Part shown: positions 29,743 through 39,982 of the stretch, one piece after another
Numbering within the stretch: position 1 is the stretch's first letter
Layout: each line of letters starts with the position of its first letter
Assembly: GCA_040767805.1 (NCBI GenBank)
Contig: JAXGNU010000010.1
Span: 1-58,048 of the forward strand
Length of the DNA stretch: 58,048 nucleotides
Direction of reading: 5' to 3'
Source: Thermovirgaceae bacterium
Lineage (GTDB): Bacteria > Synergistota > Synergistia > Synergistales > Thermovirgaceae
Notes under the pieces: generated by a model
Told to the model about the DNA's origin: nothing
The model's database searches: none
The model's input: only the letters and a program-made list of their open reading frames with translations
Made by a program: the position numbers and the translations under genes

Positions 29743-31896
29743 CTAGGCCCCCTCGACCTTTTCTTGGGATGTCCTTCCGGGGTATATTTCCTGTTTCCCG
29801 AGGGCGAGAACACCGCCGGCTATCTTGCCGATCCTCCTGGCGGGGAAACCCTCCCAGCAAGAAAGGAAAAGGTCGTTCGATCCTTCCGGGACGAGGTAAA
29901 CCGCCCTCGCGCCCCATTCTCCAAAGAGGCGATCGGGGGAAAGGTCGAGGTTCCCGGTGTCGAGACTGATCCCGATCCCCCCGACCCGGCATATCTTCGC
30001 AAGGGCGACCAGCAATCCGCCCCCGGCCACCGCTCGTCCCGCCGCGGCAGCCCCTTCGCGGGCGGTACGCTGGGCCCTTTCCATGAAGGCCCTTTCCTTC
30101 ACGGGGTTGTAGGGTCCCGCGGGGTAGTTGCCGGCCGGGTCGACAACCCTCGAGTAAGCGCTTCCCCCTAAAAACCCTTGTTCTTCTCCCACCAGGAAGA
30201 TCGAACCGGCTTCCAGTCCGGCGGAATCCCCCAGGGGGGTCCTTCCCTCTTCGAGGAGCCCCACGACGGCTATAAGAGGACTGGCAAGGATCTTCCCGTC
30301 AGGGCTTTCATTGTAAAGGCTGACATTGCCCGAAACAACGGGACAGGCGAGGTCGCCGCCCACCGCAGCCAGGCCCTGGACAGAACGCTCCAGCACCCAG
30401 AAGTTCTCTGGGTCTTCCGGCGACGGGAAGTTCAGGCAGTTCGTCATGCCCAGGTGGGCGGCGCCACTCACCCAAAGGGGTCTGAGGCACTTGAGGAAGG
30501 TCTCGGCTGTCCCCAGTAAGGGCTCAAGTTGACATTTCCAGGGGTCCGCATCCATGGTCACCCCCACGAGGTTCCCCTTCGCCGGGACCCGGAAGATGGA
30601 TACGCTTTTACCGGGAGGGGTGATGGTGTTGGACTGGGTCCCGGAGTCGAACCGGCCGAAAATACCGGATTTGTCGGCCAGGTTCGGATCTTCCAGGAGG
30701 GCCGCGAGGGAGCGGGAGACCTCTTCCGAATCGAGAAAACCCGCGCTTTTGACCTCAACGGATGCCCTGGAGGAGGGCTTTTTCGAAGGCCAGTGGATCG
30801 GGGGAGAGCCGCCCCCGACCATCTCCGCCGGGAGGTTGACCACGGTCCTCCCTCCCCGGGTCATGACGAAGTCGCCGTCACCGGTGACTTCACCAATCAC
30901 CGCCCAATCCAGCCGCCACTTGGCGGCAATGGAACCGATCTCATCCAGGTCCTCCTCCTTTACGATGAGGAGCATCCTTTCCTGGGTTTCCGAAAGGGCT
31001 ATCTCCCAGGGCTCCATCTTTTCCTTGAGGGGGACCAGGTCGACGTTTACCAGGATCCCGGTGCCGCTTTTCGAGGCTATTTCGCTCGAGGAGGAAACGA
31101 TCCCCGCGGCCCCCATGTCCTGCATGGCGACTATCAGGCCCTTCGAGTGGATCTCGAGACAGCCTTCGATCAGTCTTTTTGCCAGGAGGGGATTCCCTTT
31201 TGGGATCCGGGGAAGGACCGGGGCCGCTGCGCTGGTCAACTCGGAAGAAGCGAAGGCGGCGCCCGCGACCCCTTCTTTCCCGGTCCTTGAACCTATCATA
31301 ACGGCCCTGTGCCCCGGTTTCGCCGTCTTGGAACTGACGATGCCACCCAGCGGCACCAGCCCGAGGCACATCGCGTTGACCAGGGGGTTGCCGTCGAAGC
31401 ACTCATCATAAACGGTCTTGCCACCTATGGTGGGGACGCCCAGGGTGTTCCCGTACCCGGCGATGCCCTCCACGATCCCATCGGCGGTTTCCGCGGCCCG
31501 GGGTGAATCCTTCCTCCCCAGGCAGAGCCCGTCCAAAAGGGCCACCGGCCTGGCCCCCATGGCCAAGACGTCCCTGACGATACCGCCCACGCCGGTGGCC
31601 GCGCCGTCGTAGGGGGCCACCGCGGAGGGGTGGTTATGGCTCTCCAGTTTGAAGGCAATCCCCCAACCTCCGCCGATATCGACGACGCCGGCGTTCTCCC
31701 CGGGTCCAAGAACAACGAAGTCCCCCTCGGTGGGCAAGCCGGCCAGGAGCCTTCTCGTGGACTTGTAACTGCAGTGCTCGGACCACATTACGCCAAGGAT
31801 CCTGAGTTCAGCCTGGTTCGGTTGCCGTTCCAAGGCTTCGATGATCGCGCTGTATTCGGAATCGCTGAGTCCTACCGACCGGTGGTCAACCTCCAT
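29743..31896 (-). CDS. purL: Phosphoribosylformylglycinamidine synthase, small PurL subunit
   Basis: WSEHCSYKS, ESHNHPS, GAATGVGGI, QDMGAAG, SETQERM and SGNVSLYN motifs; 717 aa. Confidence 0.94.
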   Translation of the reverse strand: MEVDHRSVGLSDSEYSAIIEALERQPNQAELRILGVMWSEHCSYKSTRRLLAGLPTEGDFVVLGPGENAGVVDIGGGWGIAFKLESHNHPSAVAPYDGAATGVGGIVRDVLAMGARPVALLDGLCLGRKDSPRAAETADGIVEGIAGYGNTLGVPTIGGKTVYDECFDGNPLVNAMCLGLVPLGGIVSSKTAKPGHRAVMIGSRTGKEGVAGAAFASSELTSAAAPVLPRIPKGNPLLAKRLIEGCLEIHSKGLIVAMQDMGAAGIVSSSSEIASKSGTGILVNVDLVPLKEKMEPWEIALSETQERMLLIVKEEDLDEIGSIAAKWRLDWAVIGEVTGDGDFVMTRGGRTVVNLPAEMVGGGSPPIHWPSKKPSSRASVEVKSAGFLDSEEVSRSLAALLEDPNLADKSGIFGRFDSGTQSNTITPPGKSVSIFRVPAKGNLVGVTMDADPWKCQLEPLLGTAETFLKCLRPLWVSGAAHLGMTNCLNFPSPEDPENFWVLERSVQGLAAVGGDLACPVVSGNVSLYNESPDGKILASPLIAVVGLLEEGRTPLGDSAGLEAGSIFLVGEEQGFLGGSAYSRVVDPAGNYPAGPYNPVKERAFMERAQRTAREGAAAAGRAVAGGGLLVALAKICRVGGIGISLDTGNLDLSPDRLFGEWGARAVYLVPEGSNDLFLSCWEGFPARRIGKIAGGVLALGKQEIYPGRTSQEKVEGA

Positions 31897-32129
31897 ATCC
31901 CCAACCTCCCTTGATCCCCGTTGTCAAGCACTTCGACAGGGGGTCACCGCCATTAAAGACTGCCATCCCAGTATAGGCCCATCCCGCGGGTACATCCTGC
32001 CGCGGCCGCCAACAACGCCGGGCGGAAGCGCCCCTCCTCAAGGCTCCCTTTCGTCGACAAGCTCGTTGCCTTTGGGCCGCTGACCCTAACGGATCCTCTC
32101 GATGATAAGAAATGACCGGCAAATTACTT

Positions 32130-32160
32130 ACATTATTCGTACTTTAAACTCTAATGTCAA
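32130..32160 (-). promoter_or_regulatory. pur operon promoter with overlapping PurBox-like site
   Basis: Minus strand TTGACA (32160-32155), 17-bp spacer, AATAAT; AAGTACGAATAAT (32144-32132) resembles the Bacillus-type PurBox with its CGAA core. Confidence 0.55.
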
Positions 32161-32335
32161 TATTTCTGAGGATCATGTGAAAGGATGAATGGAAAGTAGG
32201 TCCTATTAGTGTAAATAATAACATTCCATGTTAGAATACCAGGCGTGCCGCGGGAGGTCTCTGATCATCCCCAGTTCGAGGTTTTTCACCGGCCCCCTCG
32301 GCGGGGAATAATAATCGTGAGGAGGAATCGCTTTA

Positions 32336-33158
32336 ATGGAAGGTTTCAAAACTCCCCTGTTATTGAACTAAGCTGAATCGGCATGCCTTACGGCAAAGGC
32401 CAAGGTGGCCTGGAGCATCCCCCAGATGCTCCTCTTGGGGTTCATGGCCGGGTCCTACATTGCTTTCGGGGGATGGCTGATGACCGTCGGCCCTGACCCA
32501 TGACCTTGCCGCCCATGTCGGGCTGGGGTTCTCGAAGTTCCTCGGCGGCGCTATATTCAGCGTCGGACTGATGCTCGTGGTCATCGCCGGGGCTGAACTT
32601 TTCACGGGGAACTGCATGATGCCCCCTTGGAGTCATGGCCGGCTGCATTCCCATGAGCGGAGTCGTCAGGAACTGGTTCTGGGTCTACGTGGCCAACTTG
32701 CTCGGGAGTATTTTCGTGGCATTCTTGATCTTTTATTCCGGTCTCTGGAAGGGGCCCATCGGCATCAACGCTTTCAAGATCGCGGCCGGCAAGATGAGCC
32801 TCCCGTTGGCGAGGCCGTTTTCCGTGGCATCCTTTGTAACTGGCTCGTGGTGCTAGCTGTGTGGATGAGCATGGCGGCCACCGACATCATCGGGAAGATC
32901 TGACCATTTCTTCCCCATCGTAGCCTTCGTCGCCTCCGGTTACGAACACTCCATCACCAACATGTACTTCATGGCCCTGGGGATTCTCCTCAAGAGGCGA
33001 CCCTTCGACCAATAGCTTGGCGCCGGCCTCTCCCAGGAAGTGCTATCCCAGGTCTCGATGGGGGAGTTACCTCCATAACCTGATCCCCGTAACCATAGGC
33101 AACTTGATCGGGGGATCCTGTTTGTGGCTATATTCTACTTCCTGGTCTTCAGGACTAA
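32336..33158 (+). pseudogene. Formate/nitrite transporter (FNT family), multiply frameshifted
   Basis: FNT motifs GAELFTGN, GILCNWLVVLAVW, VASGYEHSITNM and NLIPVTIGNLIGG spread over different frames; GAGGAGG RBS before ATG 32336. Confidence 0.85.
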
Positions 33159-33231
33159 CGCGAGGATATCGTGTAAAGGCATCAAGAGCCGATCCTGTTC
33201 GAACACCCTTGATACCTGCGGCGGCAGCGGC

Positions 33232-33858
33232 GTGATCGACGTTGCCGCCGTCATTCCCACCGGCAGCAGGGTAAAAGGGCTGGAGGAGCCAAGGTATTCC
33301 TCTCACCGTCGGAGGGCGCTGCCTCATCCTGGAGGTCCTCAAAGGGCCCTGTCACTTTTCGACGGGATGTTGTTCCTGTCGAAAGGAAGATAGCGGACCG
33401 CTGGGCGGGATCATCCAGTCCCTGCCGCAAAGAGATCGTGTTAAGACCGTATCTGACCGGGTGGAGGGCCTGGGCCCCCTGGAGGGGATGGCCGTGAGCC
33501 TTGAAACTGAAGGAATGGGCCTTTGTGATGGGGTGCGATATGCCCTGGTCGATCCTGCCGTGGTGAGGTTGATGTGGTCGAAGGGGGAGGATGAGGACGC
33601 CGTCATCACGCGAGAATAGGGGGCTTCCTTGAGCCTCTTCATGCCTTTACCACAAGAGGTGCGTCGACGCTGTGGAAGGGGCCATTTTCGGGAAAAATCC
33701 GGGCACAAGATCACCTCTTTTTTATCCGGATATTTCCCCCTTGTCATCGAGGAGCGGGAGTTCGCCCTCATCCCTGGTTATCATGAATATTTTCCTGAAC
33801 GTTAATACCCCGGAAGATATTCGGTCCTGGCTTGAGGAAAGGCACCGGTGCCCCCTGA
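33232..33858 (+). pseudogene. mobA: Molybdenum cofactor guanylyltransferase (MobA-like), frameshifted
   Basis: VAAVI..G start, DRVEGLGPLEGM and FLNVNTPED motifs in different frames; boundaries approximate. Confidence 0.6.
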
Positions 33859-33907
33859 ATCCTCCGGCACCGGCCCTTTGTGTTCCTCCAAATCCCAGCC
33901 TGCATGT

Positions 33908-33964
33908 GTTCCTCATATAAAGAATCTAAGTGAAGTCCTTCGCTGCCTCACGAAGAAATCTAAG
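33908..33964. repeat. IS left-end motif pair
   Basis: GTTCCTCATATAAAGAATCTAAG and GCTGCCTCACGAAGAAATCTAAG approximate the reverse complement of the right-end motif. Confidence 0.65.
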
Positions 33965-35255
33965 CGACCCTACCGGGATCGGTCTCCTTTCCAGGAGACC
34001 CTTGTTCTTACTCGCAAAGGCCCTGTTGAGCCTGGCCTTGAGCCGGTCCACCTCTTTCTTCAAGTCCGCCAGGTTCAGGGCCTCGAACTGCTCCCTCAGG
34101 GAGGATTTCCTCCTCCGTGACATCTTCCCGAAGCCATCAGGCGCTGGTAGGGCGTCTGGGGTGTGTCGTAGATCTTCCTGACCTTCGCCCCGACCCTAAC
34201 CTTCGAAACCAGCTTCGCCGAGGGAAGGAAGAAGTTCACGTAGAGCCTGTAAGCGTCATAGAGCTCATTCAGGGCCTTTCTGCTCACCTTCCGTATCGTA
34301 CCTGGCATACCCTGCCACCCTTCTTGCCACTGACCAGTTCTTCTGCTCCACGTAGCAGTTGTCGTTCTTGTTCCCTGCCCTTGACCTTGTGAAGGTTATC
34401 CTTTCGTCTTCGCAGTACTTTTGCAGGTGGTGGTTTATGAAGGTCGAATCGTTGTCCGAATCTATGCCCTGCGGAGGAAGGAACGAGCGCTCGATGGATT
34501 TCAGGGCTTCCAGGGTCAGAGCCTGGCCCTGTTCTTGACGGCCCTCAGTTCAGTCCGCCTGAAGCCACGTCGGTGACGTCAGGGTGAAGGCAAATTCTCC
34601 TTTGGCGTTCCCGCCCTCATGGGAAACCAGGTCTATCTCGGCGAAACCCGGTCTCTTTTCGTCCCAGTCGGCAAAGGTCCGTATCGGTATCTTGTGCTTC
34701 AGCAGTGTCCCGGGCTTGGTGGAGGAACGCTCCTTCAGGCGGAGCTTTCTCTTCCGGTCCGCCAGCATGCGGTCTATGGTTGCCGCAGACACGGACATGA
34801 CCTTGTCCCTGGTCTCCGGAGAGGTGAGATCCCCCCGAGCTCAAGCTTTGCAGGACCAGCCATGGAATGGCAGCGGCAAGCCTCTTGCCGCAGATGTAGT
34901 CCATCATCTTCCAAAGCGGAAATGACACAGCGGCCGCTTCACTGTCATAGGTCCTAGGCCTCTTCCTTTTCCCACAGGCCTTATGGCCCTTTCTGTCAAC
35001 TTGCAGGATCAGGGAGGCACCCTGCCGCCCCCAAGGTATAGGCGCCGGCCGAAGAGGCAGAGAAGATGGGGCGTAGTCCCGGTTGTAGCCCGTCGTGGCG
35101 GTAACACAGTCCAATATCCAGGCCCTTCTCCTTCTTCGACGCCCTGCGAGTACTCGTCAGAAGCCTGGACGATCACTTCCTCCTCGCATCGAAAACCTCA
35201 CCCGTCCTTCCTTCCTCCAGGTCATGCCCTTGAAGGAAGATGCTATACCCTTCGG

Positions 35256-35311
35256 CTAGATTCTTAGGTGAGGCAACGTATCGCTTTCGTCTAGATTTTA
35301 GGTGAGGCAAC
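35256..35311. repeat. IS right-end tandem motif pair
   Basis: CTAGATTCTTAGGTGAGGCAAC (35256-35277) and CTAGATTTTAGGTGAGGCAAC (35291-35311). Confidence 0.85.
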
Positions 35312-35381
35312 TCGCACCGATGACATTTCCCCTCCTGTTGGTTAGAATTGGTTTCGTTTCACAAGCCAGAGGTGTCTCAAA

Positions 35382-37199
35382 ATGAAGGTACCCATTGAAC
35401 GCATCAGGAACTTCTGCATCATAGCCCACGTTGACCACGGGAAATCGACCCTCGCCGATCGCCTGCTCGAGGCTACGACCACTATCAATGCCAGGGAGAT
35501 GCGCGAACAGATCCTCGATACCCTGGAGCTCGAACGCGAGCGGGGGATCACGATAAAACTGGTGCCGGTGCAGATGAAGTACAGGGCTTCCGACGGCCTG
35601 GATTACGTCCTGAACCTCATCGACACGCCCGGCCATGTGGATTTCACCTACGAGGTCTCCAGGTCCCTTGCGGCCTGCGAAGGGGCTCTCCTTATCGTGG
35701 ACGCGGCTCAGGGAGTTGAAGCCCAGACCGTGGCCAATGCATACCTTGCCGTCGACCAGGGCCTCGAGATCATTCCCGTCATCAACAAGATCGACCTCCC
35801 TTCGGCCCAGCCCGAGCGGGCCGCGAAAGAAATAGAAGAAGTGGTAGGGCTTGACAGTACGGAGGCCATCATGGCCTCCGCCAAGGAGGGCATCGGGGTA
35901 AAGGAAATTTTGGAAGCAGTGATCAGGAGGATTCCTCCTCCCTCAAAATATCGCCAGGGACCCCTCCAGGCCCTTGTTTTTGACTCCACCTACAACAACT
36001 TCAGGGGGGTCATCTGCTATATAAAGGTGGCCAACGGCTCCATCAGATCCGGCGACATGGTGACCTTCATGGCGACCAGGAGGAATTTCCAGGTAGAGGA
36101 GATAGGGATCTTCGGGCCCGAGATGCGACCCGTCGACGAGTTGGGGCCCGGGGAGGTCGGTTACCTCATCTGCAACATCAAGTCTGTGGAAGAGGCCAGG
36201 GTCGGCGATACGGTTACCAGCCAGAGGAACCCGGCTCCGGCACCTTTGCCTGGATATCGGAAGGTTAAACCCGTGGTGTTCTGTGGCTTTTTCCCCATAG
36301 AAAGGGATGAGTATCCCCAGTTGAGGGATTCTCTCGAAAAATTGCAGATGAACGACGCGGCCCTGTTTTTCGAACCGGAGACCTCCACGGCCCTTGGGTT
36401 TGGCTTCCGGTGCGGGTTCCTCGGGCTTTTGCACATGGAGATCGCGAAGGAACGGCTGAACAGGGAGTTCGGTGTGGACCTGGTCGCCACGGTACCCAAC
36501 GTGGTGTACCAGGTCAAGACTTCGGGCGGCGAGATCATTGAAGCACACCGACCTTCGGACTTTCCGGAAGCCTCTCTTATCGAGGAGGTCCTCGAACCCT
36601 TCATAAAGGTCACCGGTTTCCTCCCGGCGGAATACGTGGGCAAGGTGATGCAACTATGCCAAGACCGCAGGGGCGTCTTCTTGGGGATGGACTACATCAC
36701 ACCCCAGAGAGCCCGCCTGGTCTATGAGCTGCCTCTGGCGGAATTCATAATAGACTTCCATGACAGGCTCAAGTCAGTGACGAGGGGATTCGCCTCGATA
36801 GACTACGAGCATTCCGGTTTCAAGGTCTCCAACCTTGTCAAGGTTGATATCCTTATCGGCGGGGAACCCGTCGATGCTTTCTGCTTTGTATCCCATGCTG
36901 ATCAGGCGTATCACCGCGGCCAGGAAGTGGTCCGGAAGCTCAAGGAGATCATCCCGAGGCAGCTCTTCGAAGTCTCCCTCCAGGCCGCGATAGACAAGAG
37001 GGTGATAGTCCGCCAGAACGTCAAGCCTTTACGCAAAGACGTCCTCGCCAAGTGCTATGGCGGTGATATCACCAGGAAGAGGAAATTGCTCGAAAAGCAG
37101 AAGGAGGGGAAAAAGAGGATGAAACAGATCGGCAGGATATCCTTGCCCCAGGAGGCTTTCCTCGCCTTTCTAAAGGCCGGCGATGAGGAGGAGGAATAA
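35382..37199 (+). CDS. lepA: Translation elongation factor 4
   Basis: AHVDHGKSTLADR, DTPGHVDF, GFRCGFLGLLHM and KCYGGDITRKRKLLEKQK motifs. Confidence 0.98.
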   Translation: MKVPIERIRNFCIIAHVDHGKSTLADRLLEATTTINAREMREQILDTLELERERGITIKLVPVQMKYRASDGLDYVLNLIDTPGHVDFTYEVSRSLAACEGALLIVDAAQGVEAQTVANAYLAVDQGLEIIPVINKIDLPSAQPERAAKEIEEVVGLDSTEAIMASAKEGIGVKEILEAVIRRIPPPSKYRQGPLQALVFDSTYNNFRGVICYIKVANGSIRSGDMVTFMATRRNFQVEEIGIFGPEMRPVDELGPGEVGYLICNIKSVEEARVGDTVTSQRNPAPAPLPGYRKVKPVVFCGFFPIERDEYPQLRDSLEKLQMNDAALFFEPETSTALGFGFRCGFLGLLHMEIAKERLNREFGVDLVATVPNVVYQVKTSGGEIIEAHRPSDFPEASLIEEVLEPFIKVTGFLPAEYVGKVMQLCQDRRGVFLGMDYITPQRARLVYELPLAEFIIDFHDRLKSVTRGFASIDYEHSGFKVSNLVKVDILIGGEPVDAFCFVSHADQAYHRGQEVVRKLKEIIPRQLFEVSLQAAIDKRVIVRQNVKPLRKDVLAKCYGGDITRKRKLLEKQKEGKKRMKQIGRISLPQEAFLAFLKAGDEEEE

Positions 37200-38328
37200 C
37201 ACGCGCCTCGAACCCGCATCGCCGGTTTCTCTTTACGTTCACATTCCTTTTTGCCGGAGCAAATGCCCCTACTGCGCTTTTTACAGCGTTATCCCCACCC
37301 CGGGCGCGGTGACGGCCTTTCTTGAGGCCCTTGAAGGCGAGATAGGCATCCTCTCGGGTAGTACAGACCGACCCCGGTTAAGAACGGCCTACATAGGCGG
37401 TGGGACCCCTACGCTCCTGTCCCCTTCCGATTGGGAAAGACTTATTTCTGTCCTGGAAGGCGCCTTTTCCTTTCTACCCGCCGCCGAAGTAACCGTGGAG
37501 GCCAACCCAGGATCCCTGACGAGGAAGCACCTCGCCCTCTGGAAGGACTGGAGGGTTTCCAGGGTCAGCCTGGGCGTCCAGAGCCTCCAGGACGAGGACC
37601 TCCTGGCGGCGGGCAGGCCCCATGACAGCAGGCAGGCCCTTGAATCCATGGCGGAGATCAAAAGAAAGGGCCTTAGCCTCTCCGTGGACCTGCTCTTCGG
37701 CCTGCCGTGCCAAAAGCTCCGGGGGTGGTCCGATACTCTCAGGAGAGTACTCAATGAGGGTGCGGAACACCTTTCGATCTATGAACTCACCGTCGAGGAG
37801 GGAACTCCCTGGGGCAGGCGACCCCCGCGGAACCTCGCCGCGGGCTACCCCTTTTACCGCTGGGCCCAGTATTACCTGGAGAAGAAGGGCTTGCTGCAAT
37901 ACGAGATAGCCAGTTTTTCCAAACCCCGTCGGTGGTGCAGGCATAACGTGGCCTACTGGTCCGGTGCCCCCTTCCTTGGGATCGGGCCTTCAGCCTGGGG
38001 GTACGACGGAACCGTAAGGACAGGTAACGTGGCGGACCTGGAGCGCTACCGATGGTTGATAGAAAAGGGGATAAGGCCGACCCTGTTTTCAGAGAGGCTT
38101 GAAGGCAAGCGTCGGGCCTTCGAGTTGTCGGTCCTGGCCCTGAGGACCCGCTGGGGCATCAGGCTCCAGGAGTACCGGTGCCGATGGGGCGATCAAATGC
38201 TGAAGGAGCTTCAAGGCTCCCTGGAAGGCCTCCCACCGCATCTTTTCAGAAGAACGCCCGGAAGGATTGCCCTGAGCAAGCATGGCATGAGGGTAGGGAA
38301 TGCCGTCTGGGAAAGGCTTGTACCATGA
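37183..38328 (+). CDS. hemW: Radical SAM heme chaperone HemW (HemN-like)
   Basis: YVHIPFC, CxxxCxxC (CRSKCPYC), GGGTPT and HNVAYW motifs; lepA-hemW synteny. Confidence 0.88.
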   Translation: MRRRNNTRLEPASPVSLYVHIPFCRSKCPYCAFYSVIPTPGAVTAFLEALEGEIGILSGSTDRPRLRTAYIGGGTPTLLSPSDWERLISVLEGAFSFLPAAEVTVEANPGSLTRKHLALWKDWRVSRVSLGVQSLQDEDLLAAGRPHDSRQALESMAEIKRKGLSLSVDLLFGLPCQKLRGWSDTLRRVLNEGAEHLSIYELTVEEGTPWGRRPPRNLAAGYPFYRWAQYYLEKKGLLQYEIASFSKPRRWCRHNVAYWSGAPFLGIGPSAWGYDGTVRTGNVADLERYRWLIEKGIRPTLFSERLEGKRRAFELSVLALRTRWGIRLQEYRCRWGDQMLKELQGSLEGLPPHLFRRTPGRIALSKHGMRVGNAVWERLVP

Positions 38329-38566
38329 CGAGCTTGAGAGGCCCGTGCTGGGCGGGGCGTGTCCTCTCCGGTAGCCCCCGTCGCGTATGCCCTCTCGAAG
38401 ACCGCTTCCTGTCATCGAATGGGCCCAGGCTACCTTTCACCCGTTATACTGATATGGAGGGCGAGGCAAAACCCCAGTCCACCGCTTTGGTATGATCCTG
38501 CCAGGTTTAGTGAATACGGGGCCCGGTCCAAGGCGTGGCCGATCCCCCTTGAGGGAAGGTGCGAAG

Positions 38567-39982
38567 ATGCGGGATGAGATCAAGTCGATGCTCAAGGACC
38601 TGCCCCCGATGGACGAACTGCTCCAGAAACCCTGGACAAGCCGGTACCAGGAAGTCCTCGGTCGCGAAGCCGTCAGATCGACCTTCGCCGATGTGATCGG
38701 CGAGGTCAGGAGGGACCTGCTCAAGGGGCTCATCCATTCCTTTGACCCCGCGCTCATCGAATCGGAGACCAGGGCCCGGTTGGAAAAACGCTCCAGGAAG
38801 AGCCTGAGGAGAGTGGTGAACGCCACCGGGGTCGTCATCCACACGAACCTGGGAAGGTCCTGCCTTGGGAGGGAGGTCCTGGAAAATGTGAGGGCGGTTT
38901 CGGCCTCTTACAGCAACCTGGAATATGACCTCGAAGAGGGGGCCAGGGGACAAAGGCACTCCCATGTCGAATGGCTCCTGTCAAGCGTCACCGGAGCCGA
39001 CGCGGCCCTGGTCGTAAATAACAACGCCGGCGCCGTCCTGCTTTGCCTGGCTGCTTTGGGGCGGGGCAAGGAGGTCATCGTCTCCAGGGGAGAACTGGTG
39101 GAGATAGGAGGCTCCTTCAGGATCCCCGACATTATGGATTTTTCCGGGGCCATCTTAAGAGAGGTTGGGACGACCAACAGGACACACCTCCCCGATTATC
39201 TCAAAGCCATAAACACCCAGACCGCCATGATCCTCAAGGTGCACCCTTCCAACTTCAGGGTGGTGGGTTTTCATTCGGAAGCCTCGAGGGAGGAGCTGGC
39301 GGCCCTGGCCCGGGAGAAGGAACTCATCTTCATGGAGGACCTGGGGAGCGGGGTGGTGGCGGATCTATCGCCCTGGGGACTCCAGGGCGAACCCACGGTC
39401 AGGCAATGCGTCGAGTCAGGAGTGGACCTGGTGACCTTCTCCGGTGACAAACTGCTCGGCGGCCCCCAGATAGGCGTTATCGTCGGGAGAAGCCAGCTGG
39501 TGGAGAGGATCCGACATTATCCCTTGTTGAGGGCGATTAGGGTTGACAAGATGACCCTGGCCGCTTTTGAGGCGACCCTGAGGCTTTACTTGGAAGGCAG
39601 AACGGGCGAGATCCCCACATTGAGAATGATCTCCCAGCCGGAGGAAACATTGAGGAAAAGGGCCCGCAACCTGACCTCCATGATCAGGCGAGTGACGGAC
39701 TTGCAGGCAAGGGTGGTCATGACCCAGGATGCGGTCGGCGGGGGAGCTTACCCCGCCGCGGTCCTCGAGGGTTTCGGGGTCGAGGTGGAACCGCCGGAAG
39801 GGGTTTCTGACGGTTCGGCCCTTGAACGGCTTAGAAATGCCCCTGTCCCCGTGATCGCCTCGGCAAAAGAGGGGAAGATCCTCCTCCATGTCAGGACCAT
39901 GCTTGACGGGGACGGGATGGATGTGATCGGGGCGCTAAAAGACCTGTCGCCCAGGGAGGCCGGCAATGATGGAGAAGACTGA
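38567..39982 (+). CDS. selA: L-seryl-tRNA(Sec) selenium transferase
   Basis: NATGVVIHTNLGR, VSRGELVEIGGSFRIPD, EDLGSG and FSGDKLLGGPQ motifs. Confidence 0.96.
   Translation: MRDEIKSMLKDLPPMDELLQKPWTSRYQEVLGREAVRSTFADVIGEVRRDLLKGLIHSFDPALIESETRARLEKRSRKSLRRVVNATGVVIHTNLGRSCLGREVLENVRAVSASYSNLEYDLEEGARGQRHSHVEWLLSSVTGADAALVVNNNAGAVLLCLAALGRGKEVIVSRGELVEIGGSFRIPDIMDFSGAILREVGTTNRTHLPDYLKAINTQTAMILKVHPSNFRVVGFHSEASREELAALAREKELIFMEDLGSGVVADLSPWGLQGEPTVRQCVESGVDLVTFSGDKLLGGPQIGVIVGRSQLVERIRHYPLLRAIRVDKMTLAAFEATLRLYLEGRTGEIPTLRMISQPEETLRKRARNLTSMIRRVTDLQARVVMTQDAVGGGAYPAAVLEGFGVEVEPPEGVSDGSALERLRNAPVPVIASAKEGKILLHVRTMLDGDGMDVIGALKDLSPREAGNDGED

Larger units (their letters stand above)
33905..35325 (-). 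mobile_element. Insertion sequence with a frameshifted rve/DDE integrase-type transposase (ISNCY/IS481-related)
   Basis: Fragments SAATIDRML, KPGTLLKHKIPIRT, PGFAEIDLVSH, KNDNCYVEQKN and YVNFFLPS...YDTPQTPYQRL; duplicated end motifs in inverted orientation at both ends. Confidence 0.85.

Noticed and set aside
32040..32112. SAM-I-like start in the pur leader (minus strand TTCTTATC..GAGAGG..AGGG..GGCCC..GGCAAC)
   Set aside because: The downstream GGTGC/AATTCC elements and a closing GATRAG P1 strand at the right distance are missing, and the gene context does not fit.
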